Of a DNA stretch of 45,061 nucleotides, positions 14,138-27,313 are shown piece by piece. How positions within the stretch are numbered: position 1 is the first letter of the stretch; every line of letters starts with the position of its first letter. The notes beneath the pieces are model-generated. The model saw only the letters and a list, made by a program, of their open reading frames with translations. It made no database searches and had not been told where the DNA came from. The position numbers were made by a program, and so were the translations under genes. Origin of the DNA: Reclinomonas americana ATCC 50394 (Eukaryota); NCBI GenBank assembly GCA_048213135.1, contig PS015055.1:164825-209885 (forward strand). Reading direction: 5' to 3'.

Positions 14138-16866
14138 TCATACAACAGACGACGAAGCCTCGGAGTCGGTATGCCGATGTGAAGAATTCGCCGCCGCCGC
14201 CGCCGCCGCCGCACCTCCGTTCCATGACGGATCCAACACCCGCTCCGTGATAATGTTGATGATTTGTGCACACTCGTTGTTCGACAGAATGTGATTGTCG
14301 GCGGGTGGTCGGATACGCGCCAGCACCGCCAGCCGCACATCGTTGTTGATCTGTCGCTCAAAGGAGCGCTGGTCCACCTTCTCCTCAATCTCAATGTCGC
14401 TGCGCAGGATGGTCAGCAGTTGGTTGCGGTAACGCTCCGCCACCAGCCGCTCGCGCTCCTCCTCCTCCACACGCGCGCGCTCGCGATCGTACTGTACACA
14501 GCCGCGCCAGTGGCGGATGCGAGTCTCGCGGTAGAACGTGCTGACCACCTCCTCAATAATGTCGTGCGTGATGAGGTGGGTGGGCGGGGTGGACTCGATA
14601 AGCAGCGCTCGCCAGGCCTCGAATTCGGGACTCGTGCTGTCCTCGAAGCCCACGCGTGCCAGCAGCGTTTTGAGCAGTGGCTGGAGATGACCACGTATTC
14701 GGTGAGCGACGAGAAGATATGACAAAATTAACACACCGCTCACCAGCGGCTGCGGAACCCAGTCAAGCACCACCGCCCACCGAAGGGAGAGCTTGTGCAG
14801 CACTGTGAGCAAATTAACGACCTTGCGCACGTTGGCTCGGTGCTGTGATCGCGAATATGTGAGTGCACAACACAAGCAGAGGGAGTAACCAAGAATGCAA
14901 CACACCTCGGCGCGTCGGCAGTACAAAAAGTTGCGAATGCGTGACTGGCAGAAGCGCATGGCGCGAGCAAAGTAACGCACAGCGTCCGTCATCTGCGCGG
15001 ATGGTGGTGAGGGCGCATTATCTTGATGGAAATTGGCACTTCTCCCTGTTTCACACCTTTCTCGTGGCATCCAGCTGGCTGATAAATGAGCGAATCATCT
15101 CGCACGCTCGACGATGCCGGAACACACGAAACCCGAGAACAAACCGCCACATGTTTCTGCAAGCGAGTCGAATGAATGATATGTATGTGTGGAGTGCACC
15201 GCCGGTCATCACACGCACCGCATCAGCACCGCCTTGGCGCGAGTGATGCGCCGCCTTCTGTACAGCAGAAATTGCGGCCACAGCTGATGGTGTAGGACCT
15301 GCGCAGCCGCTGTGCGCCGCTGCATAATCGTGCGCACAAGTCGTTCCCTCTGGCCACGCACACAATGCAGGTGAGTGACTCATCCTCGCGCCACAACAAG
15401 CGGACTGCATACACACCGACACCACCACGCTCAGGTATCGCACACGTAATATACTCTCGCACAGCGTCAACCAGGAGCGAATCACTGGGCGCATGCGCGT
15501 AATGTACTTGGCCATCTCCACCGCAAACTCGGCCTGTACCCCACCACAGTCGTCGGTCAGTCAATATCTGCTCGCCCGACCCAGCTGCTACACGAGTGCG
15601 CACCCGCTCCAGTTTGCTCTCCAATTCCTCCATTTCCTGCTCCCTGTGCTCCTCTGCCTGCTGCTCCAACTCCTGCTTGTGCACCGTCACCTGCTCCATG
15701 TGCGTTCTCCGTCGATCCACCTGCGACAATGTTGAGAAAACCAAGCACCCACACATCAAGGCATGACAAGACACACCTGCTCATCCAGCCGATGGTGTCT
15801 CTCGTCGAGCGTCAGCTGCGCCACCTGCCGCCTGTTCTGCTTGACGAAATCCGACGACTTGGCCAGCCGTTCCAGTGCCGCCTGCCGGTTCTCCATCTCC
15901 AGCTGCTCGGCGTGCTTGAACAGCTTGGTCAACTTCTCCGGCGACCGCATGTACATGCGCATGGTGGCCCGCACGCGCTCCTCGGGTTTCATGCGATCCA
16001 GTGACACGCGCGGACTGTCATCATCGTCGTCGTAGTACTCATCAAAGAGACCCACCATATCCGAGCCGGCACGACGACGCCGACCCATTCGCTGGTGCTG
16101 CTTGTGATGATGCTGATGATGCAAGTGCTTTTGCGCCGACGGCGACGCCGAGTGTGCGCGGCCATCCAGCTGCGCGAGGGTGTGCCGACGACCGAGTCCA
16201 GCTGTCGGCAGCGGAAACATGCTCTTCTGTCGTTTCTCAGTCTCACCTGATGAAGCAATCAGCGGGAGGAGGGGAAGTGAGACGAGTCAGTGAGGCAGTG
16301 CTTCGCGCAACTGAGAATCGTCTCAATCTCCTTCGCGCGCTTCTCATTCAACGACGACGACTCGTGCACATCCAGCGCACTCAGCGACCGCATCGGCGTC
16401 AGACGGATCAGCGGAGGCGAATACAATGGAATCCCATTGCGATGGGGGCTCGAGGGCGACACTGAGCGCGCGGCTGCTCCCACAGGCGAGAAGCTCACAC
16501 GGCGGCGATGCACATCGGGAAGCTTGAGAGGGTTCGCGTGCTCCTCTTCGCCCTCATGCTGCTGATCCACCACGCCTGCAGAAGAGAAGAGAGAATGAGT
16601 GATAATGGAATGAGAAGGAGCGTGTGCATGTGTGGGAGAGAGGGAGAGGGAGAGAGCAAGGAGCACCATCATCATCACATGCTGATATTCAGGACATTTT
16701 CCCCGACTACATATGCCCGTTTTACACAAGGTGATTGTGCATTTGTGTGTGTGTGTGTGACTGGCGTACCTCGGTCTACGGCACCCTCGCCATCGGCGGC
16801 CTCGGTGAGAAAGAGGCCAGAGCCGCGGCCATCGCGGAGAGGCATTGTCGGGTCAATCAACTGCAT
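14138..16866 (-). CDS. Hypothetical multi-exon protein with coiled-coil and IQ-like helical segments
   Basis: In-frame spliced exons include RMKPEERVRATMRMYMRSPEKLTKLFKHAEQLEMENRQAALERL, QELEQQAEEHREQEMEELESKLERV and AMRFCQSRIRNFLYCRR, with a long terminal exon ending at 14138. No family recognised; start uncertain. Confidence 0.7.
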
Positions 16867-17227
16867 TGATGTGGCATGTGTCGCATCACAGTGTTCGCGC
16901 ATTTTTCATTGCAAACTCTTCGTTGATGTTGAGCGTCGAAGTGCTTGCTGATGTGTGTGTGTTTGTGGGTGTGAGTGTGGGCGGTGATGATGAGGCGCGT
17001 GTGTTGGAGGAGATTGTGCGGGCGGTGGCGTGTGAGAGGGCGTCGTTGTTGGTGTGTGATGTGGTGTTGCGCGTGCGGGCGGTGTTTGGGTGGGAGCAGG
17101 TGGGTGGTGTGCGTGCGCGGAGAGAGAAGGAGGGGGAAGGGAGAGAGACAGGGTAAAGAGAGAGAGAGAGAAAGAGTGAGAGAGAGTGTGTGTGAGAGAG
17201 AGTAAGAGATACACACACGCACACACG

Positions 17228-17329
<102 letters not shown>

Positions 17330-17336
17330 GTAGTAC

Positions 17337-17369
<33 letters not shown>

Positions 17370-17469
17370 GTACGTACGTACGTACGTACGTACGTACGTA
17401 CGGTACGTAGTACGTAGTACNNNNNNNNNNNNNNNNNNNNGCGTCGTACGTCGGTAGTAGTCGTCGTTC

Positions 17470-17511
<42 letters not shown>

Positions 17512-17803
17512 GTTGCTCTCAGTCTCGCTTCCCTCCCAGTTGTTATTGCACTCCAATCTCCCTTTAGTTTGTACGTCGATCTCTGTTTGTCTCTTGCCTC
17601 CTATTCCCCCCTCCTCTCTCTCTCCTTCTCCCTCTCGCGGCCGCAGTTGCACTCATTCTCGCTTCCCTCTATTGTATTCTCCACTCCCATCTGTCTCTCC
17701 CTCACTCTCTCTCTCTTCCCTCCTCTTCTCCTCCCTCCCCATCTCCCCCCTCCCCACAGTCACCCTCTCCTCCACCTCTCTCTTCACGGCCGCCTGCCGC
17801 GAC

Positions 17804-20800
17804 ATGCGCGGCGAGCTGAGCGCCCCATCGGCAATGCCCGGCGATTTGAGTGTGGTGGGCGACATGCGCAGTGCGGCGGCGACATTGAAGCGCTTTGAAC
17901 GCATTGTCGGCGAGCTGCGTGCTCGCCCTGCTGCCGAGGCGCCCGCGGTGTTGCGGGAGTTGTCGGTGGATGAGGTACGTACGTAAGTGTCTTTTCTCTG
18001 TTTTCCCTGCCATACGCTCACTCTCCGTCGATGTGCAGATTGCACAGGTGCTGTTTGTGGCCGACCCATCTGCCGGTGACAGCGGTGCACGGTGGACACC
18101 GTTCGCGGACGTGTTTGGTGTCGAGTGTGCATGTCTGCGTGAGATTTGTCGCCGCGCGGCGGAACGGGGAAGAGCACTTGGCGACTTGGATACGCACATG
18201 ATGGGCGACGATGCGGGTGACGGCAACGGCGACGCCGAGATCGCCAAGGAGAGCGACGGAATGGAGGTGGACGACGGGGAGTCGGGTACGCAGATTGCGC
18301 GCACAATGGCTGCGTGGACACGGGTATGACGACGCAACAGTAGCCTCACCATCTTCCTCCCTTCTCCTTACCTCCCTCACCTCCTTCGCAGGACCTTGCA
18401 GTTCCTCTGCAGCGCTTTGTGCTCTCCGCGGTGCAATGTGTGCGAGACATGGCAGCGGGCGATTCGTGGTTGACGCAGTGGCCGTCCAGGTCCACACGCC
18501 CTTCTTCGCCATCTGCACTCACGGATTTGTGGATGCTGTTGGGTCAGTCGGTGACCTGTCGCGCGGTGGTGGTTGCTGATTGGCTGTCACTGGCTGCCGG
18601 TAGTGGCGACACTGGCGTGTCTACGGCGAATGTGGAGACCGTGTGGGCGCAGTGTGCGGCCGCCGCCAGCACCGTGAGTAGCAGGGGTTCCGAAGAGAGC
18701 GAAAAAACTCCCAGTCTTTTCTTCTCGGCACTCACACTCTTCTTTGTTTCCCCACAGACGCCGGATGTTGTGGCGGCGGCTATCGTGAGTCTGATGTGCG
18801 CTGTGTCTCCCACTACTGTCCCAGCGCTGTTGCGACTGGTGTTGATGGGTGAACGGATGGCGTCGAGAGAGGCGGTGCTGTGCACTGTGGAAGCGGTTGA
18901 GCGTGTGCTCTGTGACACTGAGCTCTTTCGGCGGAACGCAACGGTGGCAGTTGGTGTGGCACACGTGCTGATGATTGCAGTCGGCGAAGCCTCGCGAGGG
19001 TGCGATGACGACAGTGTGGTGTCGACGGAGGCGCTGCTGGCGTTGCACCGGCTGTCACTGGTGGCACCGGTGAGCAGCAAGACCTGGCATCGCAACAATC
19101 CACTCTTCACGGCTGTGCTGTGGAGAGTCGCGGCGAACGGCAATGCGGCAGAGTTGTGGCAGCACATGCTGGCGCTCTCCGTGGAGTTGCTGACATCTCA
19201 GTCCGCAAGTGCGCCAAGTAGCGAGATGCTGGCCTTGGTAAGCTGTCCGTTGCTGCGCTTGCGCACGCGAAAACATGCCGTGGCTTGTGAGGAACCTGTG
19301 CGCAGCGTGCTTGCGGCGCTGGAGGGTCTGACGGTGGAGGCGCTCGATGCGCACACATTGTGGTATCTGCTACTGTGCGCTGTGCATCACTGCTTGCCCA
19401 CGACTGGCGGCGGTGGTGGTGGAGGTGGTGGCCATGGGAGTGGGACAAGTGGCGAGGTGGCGAGCATGTATCGCTCGCAGGATTCCATGTCGGCCAGTGG
19501 CAGCGCTGTGGAGCTGGCACTGGGTGCTGGCTCTGTGCGTGAACGACTCTCGCGCGTCGCGCAGACCATGGAGACTCACGAAGGGAAGCTGTCGGCTGCA
19601 TTGGAAGAGGGCAGTGGTGGCGATGACAGTAACACGGCGGTCACTCGCCAGGTGGTGCAGTGCTATGCGGAAGGACTGGCGCAGGTGACACGACTGTGTG
19701 CTTTACGGCGTCGCTACGATGGTTTGGGTTCGGCTCTCCACGCTCTCGGCCTCATGGCGTATGTACCGTTGCGTTGTGCTGCATGACGACACGGTAGCTG
19801 TCTCTCGCTCCTTCTTTGCGCTGACTCAGTGCACAGGGCATGTTTGTCGATTGTGTGGTCCCGTACCAAGGCCATCGACGAGCTGCTGCGCACGTTGGAC
19901 ACGCTGAAAAGCCACCTGCAAGAGATGAGCTCGCTGTGGGACGACGCGACCACTGCGGCTGCGGGAGCAGAGAAACCGTCCAGTGAGATTCGTGTGGCTG
20001 TCACCAATTGCACGTTGGCCGTGCAGGTATTCTTCAGCGAGGCGCTGAACGAGCCTCAGCATCGTTGCGTGCAGGCCGAGGGACGGCGGGAACGAACCGA
20101 GGTAGCGTTTCCTGTCTAATCTTTTACTCTGCGACCAGTGCGTCCCTTGGCCAGTCAGGTGGCTCGGGATGAGCGAGTGGTGCGTCGGTTTCTCAGCAGC
20201 GTGCGCCACATGCCTCCCGCTATTCTGGACTCGGTATGTACATCGTCTCCCTCTTGAGAGTTGTCAGAGACGTGGAGTCTGAGTCGCGTTGGCTGGGATG
20301 CAGGATTCGGGCGCCACCATTCTCGAGAATTGTCTGGAATGCGTACGCGATGTGATGCGTGCCGATGTGGTGGCCACGCAGCAGCTGGTTCGCGACGGAC
20401 TTCTCATGCACTGTGCTAGGATGTTGAGTGGTGATTTCTCTTAGTTTTTTTTGGCTCGACTCTCTCTCTCACACATCAATATGTGCACAGCTACTGTCTC
20501 GGCAAGGGTCTGTTTCCGCCGGAGAATGTGCAACTGATGTACGAGGTGCTGCTTGAGTGTCTCTCGCGGATTCAGCTCGTGAATGTTGCGACAGTATTTC
20601 ACCCCGCCGTTTCATCGTGCTCGCTCACCCAGTGGATGTCGTCACGCAGGGCTATCAAGTGGATGAGGAGGCGGCAGAGGCACTGGTAACTTTCTTCTCG
20701 TCCTTTATTCACATTCACTTTGTGGAGTTCAAGAACAAGGTGCGTCGGTGACATTTTTCTGTTCGTGTCACACTGTGTGTAACTGTTTGTTTGGCACAGC

Positions 20801-21060
20801 GTGACTCGGTGTTTCGTGCCGCCGACGCCACGGACAAGCTGATTGGCGCGTTGCGCAATCTCGCCACCATCAACTCGTGCAAGCGCGTGATGCTTGCACA
20901 CAAATTTCACCAGTTCATGCGCACCGTCATCCATGCAGGTGAGTGCCACGCGCACATGTGGGACTGGTGCGTGTGTCGTACTGACTCACCTGGCGTACGC
21001 ACAGCGCCGCTCTTTGAGGCGCAGATTTTAGAGCTGTGTCGAGCACTGGTGCAATCGTGA
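17804..21060 (+). CDS. Hypothetical alpha-helical (ARM/HEAT-like) protein, ~11-12 exons
   Basis: Consistent GT-AG exon chain from MRGELSAPSAMPG to APLFEAQILELCRALVQS* (TGA 21058-21060); Leu/Ala/Val-rich amphipathic helices such as DKLIGALRNLAT. Confidence 0.7.
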
Positions 21061-21178
21061 TGGTGTGGGGCTATTGAAGGCGACGAGTGGAGGTGATTAC
21101 ACTCAACAACCACACGAGTCGTAGGAGGGATTGGATGGGAAAAAAGTCAAAAACGTGCTTGCCTCAGCCGCACCGTTG

Positions 21179-23400
21179 TTACACACACTTGCCGGTGGCC
21201 GACGAGCAGTTGCCGGCCTTGGCGCTGATCTTCNNNNNNNNNNNNNNNNNNNNTGACCAACAACTTTGCGTCGCTGGCGAACTACAAGGACGCCACGGTG
21301 CCGGCCAACTTGGCGCCGTTCAATGTGCACACCGAAGGCAGCAAGGTGTACGTCATCTACGCCGCTCCGGAGGGCCAGAATGAGGTGGCGCACGGTGCAG
21401 GCACCGGCCTGGTGAGCACGCTGGACGTGGCGACTGGCCAGTTCACCCACCTCGTCTCGCACATTTCGCTCAACGCACCGTGGGGCCTCACCGTCGCCCC
21501 CGCCTCGTTCGGCCGCCACGGCAACGCCCTGCTGGTCGGCAACTTTGGCGACGGCCTCATTGGCGCGTTCCACGCCGTGACGGGCGAGTACCTGGGCCAG
21601 CTGCAGGGCGCCGATGGTCGCCGTCTGCGCTACGACGGCCTGTGGGAGCTCATTTTACGGCAACGGTGGCTTGGCCGGCAGCCCCAACGATCTCTACGTG
21701 ACGGCGGGCCCGAACGACGAAGTCGACGGCATCATCGTNNNNNNNNNNNNNNNNNNNNGATCGTACACCTCCACCGCCGGGTTCAGCAGGTTGAAGCTGG
21801 CCAGCAGGAGCTTGTTTCCGCTCGGATCGACGGCCACACCCAGGAACGAGGCCTGGCCCGTGCGGTTGATGACCAGCTGGAACGGGGTGGCTGAGGTCGG
21901 ATCGAACGAGTGCACGACGCCGGTGGCGCTGCAGACGAGGAATTTGCCGAGCAGGCTGCTGTAGGCGATGCCGATTGGCGTGGGCGGCACAAACGGCGGC
22001 AGGAAGGGGTTCTTTGGCGCATTGAAAGCCGCACCCTGAGCGGCACCGGCGCCGTCGTACGCGGTGATGGTGCCGCTGGCGGTGTTGACGACGTACAGGG
22101 CGCCAGTGGGCGAGTACGCCGCACCCCAGCTGTTCTTTGCATTAGCGTCGACAGTCACCGGCGACAGGCTGGCGAGGTTCGAGACGAGCAGGCTGTCCGA
22201 GTACGCGTCGCTGTAGAAGGGGGAGGAAGAGGTGGTGAGGAGCGATGTGATTGGAAGGGCGATTGAGTGAGAGAGAGAGAGAGAGAGAGAGCGACTCACC
22301 ATTGCGAGTTCGACGAGCAGGTGAGGCACTGGCCACTGCGCCAGATCGGTACCGACGCCGGGCAGAAGCGGCAGAACTGGCCGTTGCTGCGCGCGAGAAG
22401 AGGAGAGACGGCGTGAGTGCAAGATCAGCTTTCGATCTGAGGATGGATGAGGGACTCACGACGGCGACTGGCACTGCTCAAAGGCGTTGCAGTTGCCGGT
22501 GTTGGTGGTGGTCCACACGCCGCACGTGTACGGAGTGTTGCAGTTGGGATGGCACACGCACACCTGTATCGAAGCACGGGTCAGCGATACATGTTACTTG
22601 TCTGCGTGTGGCAATACGACATCATACGTTGTTCTGGCAGTTGCCGTGCTGGCCGCAGCTCTGCGGGTTGGCATTGCAGCCAGGCGGCGGTGGCGGCGGC
22701 GGGTTGTTCAGCTTGAACACAGAGCAGGCGCCGTTGGGTCCGTCAATGTACCTGTAAATGGCGATCGGAGTCCGACAGCAAACACGAGTGAGGTTTTTCC
22801 GATGTCGGAAAAACTATTGGCAAGAGCCGCGCAGAGTGTGTGTGTGGTGTGTGACGCAACACTCCGCACGAGGCCGGTCCATTGTCGCAGTTGGCGTGGC
22901 AGTCGCACTTGAGAGTGTCTGCTCATTGCATGATCACGGAAAGAAGCAGCGAGTGTGAGTGGCTCACGCGCGCACACGCAACACACACTCATGCACAGTG
23001 TGCAGCAAGGCACAGGAGACATGGGATGGAGAGGGGGGAGAGGAGAGTCGCGCGGTGGAGAGCAGAGAGAGAGAAAACGTCCTGTCACAGTTTGCCCGAA
23101 AGCTGCATTGTCGAGGAGTGTGAAGCGTAACTCGGGTTGCAGTTGCCTGTGCGCACACAGTGAGTAGAAGACAAGTGAGGCGAGATAGAGAGAGAAGATG
23201 AGAGCGCACCGCGAGTGCCGCAGATCTGTGCATGCACAGCGTGTGAGAGTGTCAGTCAATTTTTGCGCATGCGCGTGCCCTCGCACTCTCCTCTCTCACA
23301 AACGCACCTGCGGGTAGGCAGCGGTGCAGACGGTGTTCTGCGCGTGAGCCGCAGTCGCGAGGCACACGGAGACGATGAGGAGGCAGACGAGGAAGCGCAT
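21179..23400 (-). CDS. Secreted protein: signal peptide + two EGF-like modules + Cys-rich segment + TIGR03118-like beta-propeller; segment 21254-21738 is inverted (reads on +)
   Basis: MRFLVCLLIVSVCLATAAHA signal; ICGTRGNCNPNTLKCDC and SCGQHGNCQNNVCVC EGF-like. Last exon (from 22210) has NSWGAAYSPTGALYVVNTASGT, then on the inverted contig PANLAPFNV...VYVIYA...GAGTGLV...LNAPWGLTVAPASFG...LLVGNFGDGLIGAF...DGLW and FYGNG...LYVTAGP, the TIGR03118 signature. Stop at 21179-21181; 1-nt frameshift in tttt at 21653-21656. Confidence 0.85.
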
Positions 23401-23955
23401 TGCTTTCGCTCACAACGAGAGTTGAAAGAAGGTGCGAGAATTGCGAGTTTTTCCGATGGTTGCTCGCCCGCGCCTGTTCGTGACCACATAGGAAAGAGAA
23501 AGGGAACAAGTATAGATAGGCGCGCAGTGGGAGGTGTGGTGCTCGGAGAGGCTGAAGTGCTGCGACAATGCCAATTGCAATGCAATATGGTGTATTCGTG
23601 CCGGATGTGAAACACGGGAAAAAGCAACTTTAGCACAAGCAACAACACGGCGCTGCAAAAATGGCATGTCCAGTGTTGTCGTTGCGACCGCCAGAGGTGG
23701 CAGGCAGACGTTGCCCGTCGATAAAAGCAAGTGTACATCAGCGATATTGATATCGATAACTGTATTCTGGTACGAAAAGCAAAGGGCGTGGCGACAGCTC
23801 CATTGCCACCACCAAGTGCGATGTCAATAACATTGCATGTGCGCGTGACAGTGGCAGCAAGGCGTTGCAGGAGCGCAGAGGTGGAGAGAATTCGGTGCAG
23901 TTGATGATTTGCTCGATAACAACAACTCACCACCACCACCACAACCACAACAAAC

Positions 23956-24030
23956 AGCAGCTGTCTTGGTGACCAAAGTCATACCCAAAACATCAACACC
24001 GACACCAATCTTGAGGCAGCAGCAGGTTTC
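23956..24030 (+). repeat. ~75-bp dispersed repeat (further copies on - strand at ~32594-32661 and partial at 32358-32384)
   Basis: agcagctgtc...ccaaaacatcaacac...cacca.(t)cttg...gcagcagg shared; ccaatcttgaggcagcagcagg is identical between ~24005 (+) and ~32359-32380 (-). Confidence 0.75.
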
Positions 24031-24068
24031 NNNNNNNNNNNNNNNNNNNNACGACGAGCGAGTTGTTG

Positions 24069-24147
<79 letters not shown>

Positions 24148-24609
24148 TGTTTGTGTTCGAATTCTCTGAACAAGTCGAAACTGCGATCTTCAGCAAAGAG
24201 AATCCAGCCGACATGCGTTGGCGCAACAAGCATGGTCGTAGTCGGCCGCGGGTCCGTTCACCAGGCATGCTCCTGTCGTGGTTTCTCTTGCAAAAACGAC
24301 GCAAACAGCTGCGATTTCTCGGCCTCCCTCTACCGTGCAGGTTGAGGAATGTCTCACTGTCTGGTGCTCGCCTCAAGACAGTGACTACCGTAGCTCTTTG
24401 CGTCCGTAAAGTTGTCGTGTTGTTGTATACGTAGCGCGCCAGTATCTTCGACGTCGACGTCAGCCTCATGCAAACCTCGCGACTTGCCATGTGCATCATA
24501 GAAGAACGTTAACGCGCATATGCATCCCAGCAGTTGTGCACTTCAACACAGAGAGACAAGAAAAGCGTGAAGAAAAGTTGTCCTGTGCAACTCTTTCTGT
24601 CGCGTTCTC

Positions 24610-24929
24610 ATGGAGCAACAACGCGGTTTCACTGTGGGCGAGATCGCAGGCACCATAGTCAATGCCTCACGCGAGGACGACCCTGCTCTGCAGCGATATC
24701 TTGTGTTGCAGGTGAGAAGGGGGAAGAGAGCGACTTGTCTCACGAGAGAGAGAGAGAGAGAGAGACAGAGAGAGAGAGAGGTGCTGTGTGTGTGTGTGTG
24801 TGTGTGTGTGCTTTCCACTTGTCTCAGTCACGCATGCATACTTACAATGTGTGTGTGTGAGAGAGACGGAGAACTGCATGATGTTGTTCCCGCGCATGAC
24901 TTGTCTTGAATCATACACGTACTCACACG

Positions 24930-24963
<34 letters not shown>

Positions 24964-25002
24964 ACAAGAGGGATGAGAGAGANNNNNNNNNNNNNNNNNN
25001 NN

Positions 25003-25076
<74 letters not shown>

Positions 25077-27313
25077 GTATGTGTGCGTGCTCACGTGATG
25101 GGTGGCAACAGTGGTTCCGCAGTCCGATTCCCACCTACGCCCCGCTGGCATACTCGTGCTCCGCTGGTGGCATTCGCTGCCTCGCCTGGCACCGCCAGCT
25201 GCCGCGCCTGGCCATGGCCTCCAATGACACGGTGTTTTTGTACAATCTGCAGGAGGGCGGTGAGTTTTCTTCCCACTTCTCCCCCAGTCTCTCTTCATAT
25301 GTCACTCATGGAAGTCGACGCACAGCGGGTGGCTGGATGGACCCGCTGCATCACGACATGATGTTTGAGATTGCGTGCATGTCGTTCCGGCCACAAGCAG
25401 GCCTGTGTCTCGCGGTGGCCTGCCGGTGGGGCGTGTGCGTGTGGCGCGCTGCGTCAGTGGCCGGTGCCACGTCGGTCGGTACCAGCTCGGATCCCAGCGG
25501 CGCGTCACGCGTCGCCATGGAGGCCGATTTTTGGCGCTTCCCCAATCACGCCCCAGTGACGTGTCTCGACTGGTCACCCGATGGTGCGCTGCTGGCCACG
25601 GGGTCAGCGGCCGACTCGTCTGTCGTGTTGTGGCGCGAGTCGGATCCGTATGGACGGTTGGTGGAGTGTCTATATTTTCAGAAGGGCAAGACAGGCACTC
25701 ATTTCCTCTGTTGCTGCGCAGACCAATGGTGCTGCACAATGCTGGTGCCTCGCCGTCGCTGGCAGCCATTGTCGGGGTCAGCTGCGTCAAATGGAGTCCG
25801 TCGGGCGAGAAGCTGTTTGTCGGCACCACGTTGCGTGCCAGTTGTGGCAATAAGTTGTTCGAAGAGGTGCTGACTAAGTGACCACAGAGTTGGTACCGTG
25901 CGCGTGTGGAACACCAAGTCGTGGCGGTGTGAGACGTGGACGAGTCTCGGAGCTCCGTGTCATGTGAGCGAAGAGGGGAGGAAGGCGACGTAGAGAAGGA
26001 TGGGAAAGGGAGAGAGAAAATATAGGGGAGGAAGAGAGAAAGAAGGAGGCGAAACAGAATGAGAAAGAGAGAGAGAGAGAGAGAGAGAGATGGGGGACCG
26101 CAACGCACGCAGCGAGCGTTTGTCGCTTTGCGAGCCGGAAGTTGGCCGGGAGAGAGAGGGGGGAGGGAGGGAGGGCGGGGGAAGCGCAGGGAGTGAAACA
26201 CAGTGACATGTCTTCCATTTCTGCCTCTTTCTGCTTCGCAAACCAGCAAACGATTGCTGAGTGTCTCCCGCTCCGCTTGATTCTCTTCACTTCCCCACCT
26301 CCCTTACTCTCTCTCTCTCTGTCTCTGTTCTTTTCACTTCCCACTTGTTCTTTGTTGCTGCTCTGTCTTTTTTTGTCGCCTGGTTCTCACCTCTCTCCTC
26401 CTTGCTCGTCAGACGGCCTGCTGGTCACCGGATGGCCTGTACTTGCTGTTTGCCTGCCGAGGTCAGCCGCACGTGCATTGCATCGAGTACCGTCGGCGCG
26501 GAGGAGAACTCGGTGCGCTCCCCGCTCCCTTCTAGTCAGCGCCCCATGCTCGAAAGGAAGCTGATGTTTCTTGTTCTTCTCGCAGAGGGTGCGTACTCGT
26601 GCATCGAGCCCGGCGAAGGCCAGGTCAACAGCGTCAACCCGCGAGAATTGCGTGGAATCCAGCAGCTGGACTGGGACCCGACGGGATCCCGCCTGCTGGT
26701 GGTCTACGATGCCGCCGACGATGAGCAGCTGGCACGGGAGGAACGGTGTGTGCTTACCACCATACTCGATTGCTTGCTTGCACTTCTGTGCTCACTGTGT
26801 CGCGACAGAATGCGCAAAGCGGCTGCGGAGGCCGGCGGGTCGGCGATTCACGAGCGCATCGATCTCGCTTTCCCCGTGTCGCCCAGTCCGGCTGCGAAGC
26901 GCGGACGCTCGCCGGGATCGTCGACTTCGAGTCCGGCGGGCTCGTCGTCGTCGGCTCTCGACTGCACCAGCGAGGTGGCCATCTATGCCACGGTGCGACA
27001 ACCGGCGCTGGAATTGAGTTTGCGGTGAGTGCCAGCACTCTTTTTCTCTGCTCTCGCCCGCTTCTCACTTTGATTCCGCAAAAAACATAGGGGATACCTG
27101 CGCACACCGTCGGCGAATGGCCACGTGACCAATCTGGCGTTCCGTGAAAACTTCCCACGCGGCGCTTTCTTTGCAGTGGTGAGAAGTGTCGACGCGTACT
27201 GCTGCGTGTGTGTGTGTGTGTGTGTGTGGTTTATTGCTCAGCCGGGCGATTCACAGGGTTGGGAGACCGGTCGCATCACGTTTGTTCCGCTCTATTTCGA
27301 CCCAGTGGAATGA
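24610..27313 (+). CDS. AAAS: Aladin, WD40 nucleoporin
   Basis: RGFTVGEIAGTIVN; IRCLAWH; LAVACRWGVCVW; PNHAPVTCLDWSPDG; VKWSPSGEKLF; VRVWNTKSWRCETW; TACWSPDG; LDWDPTGSRLLV; FPRGAFFAVGWETGRITFVPLYF, matching Aladin block by block (human C-terminal [20 protein letters not shown]). Exons may be missing at the gap 24983-25002. Confidence 0.92.

Noticed and set aside
21651-21660. Frameshift suggesting a pseudogene or programmed frameshifting
   Set aside because: One extra T in a homopolymer, typical of pyrosequencing error; the sequence on both sides is intact.
21234-21758. Programmed intragenic inversion (phase variation)
   Set aside because: Both ends are 20-N scaffold gaps, there are no inverted repeats at the breakpoints and no recombinase gene nearby; mis-orientation is simpler.
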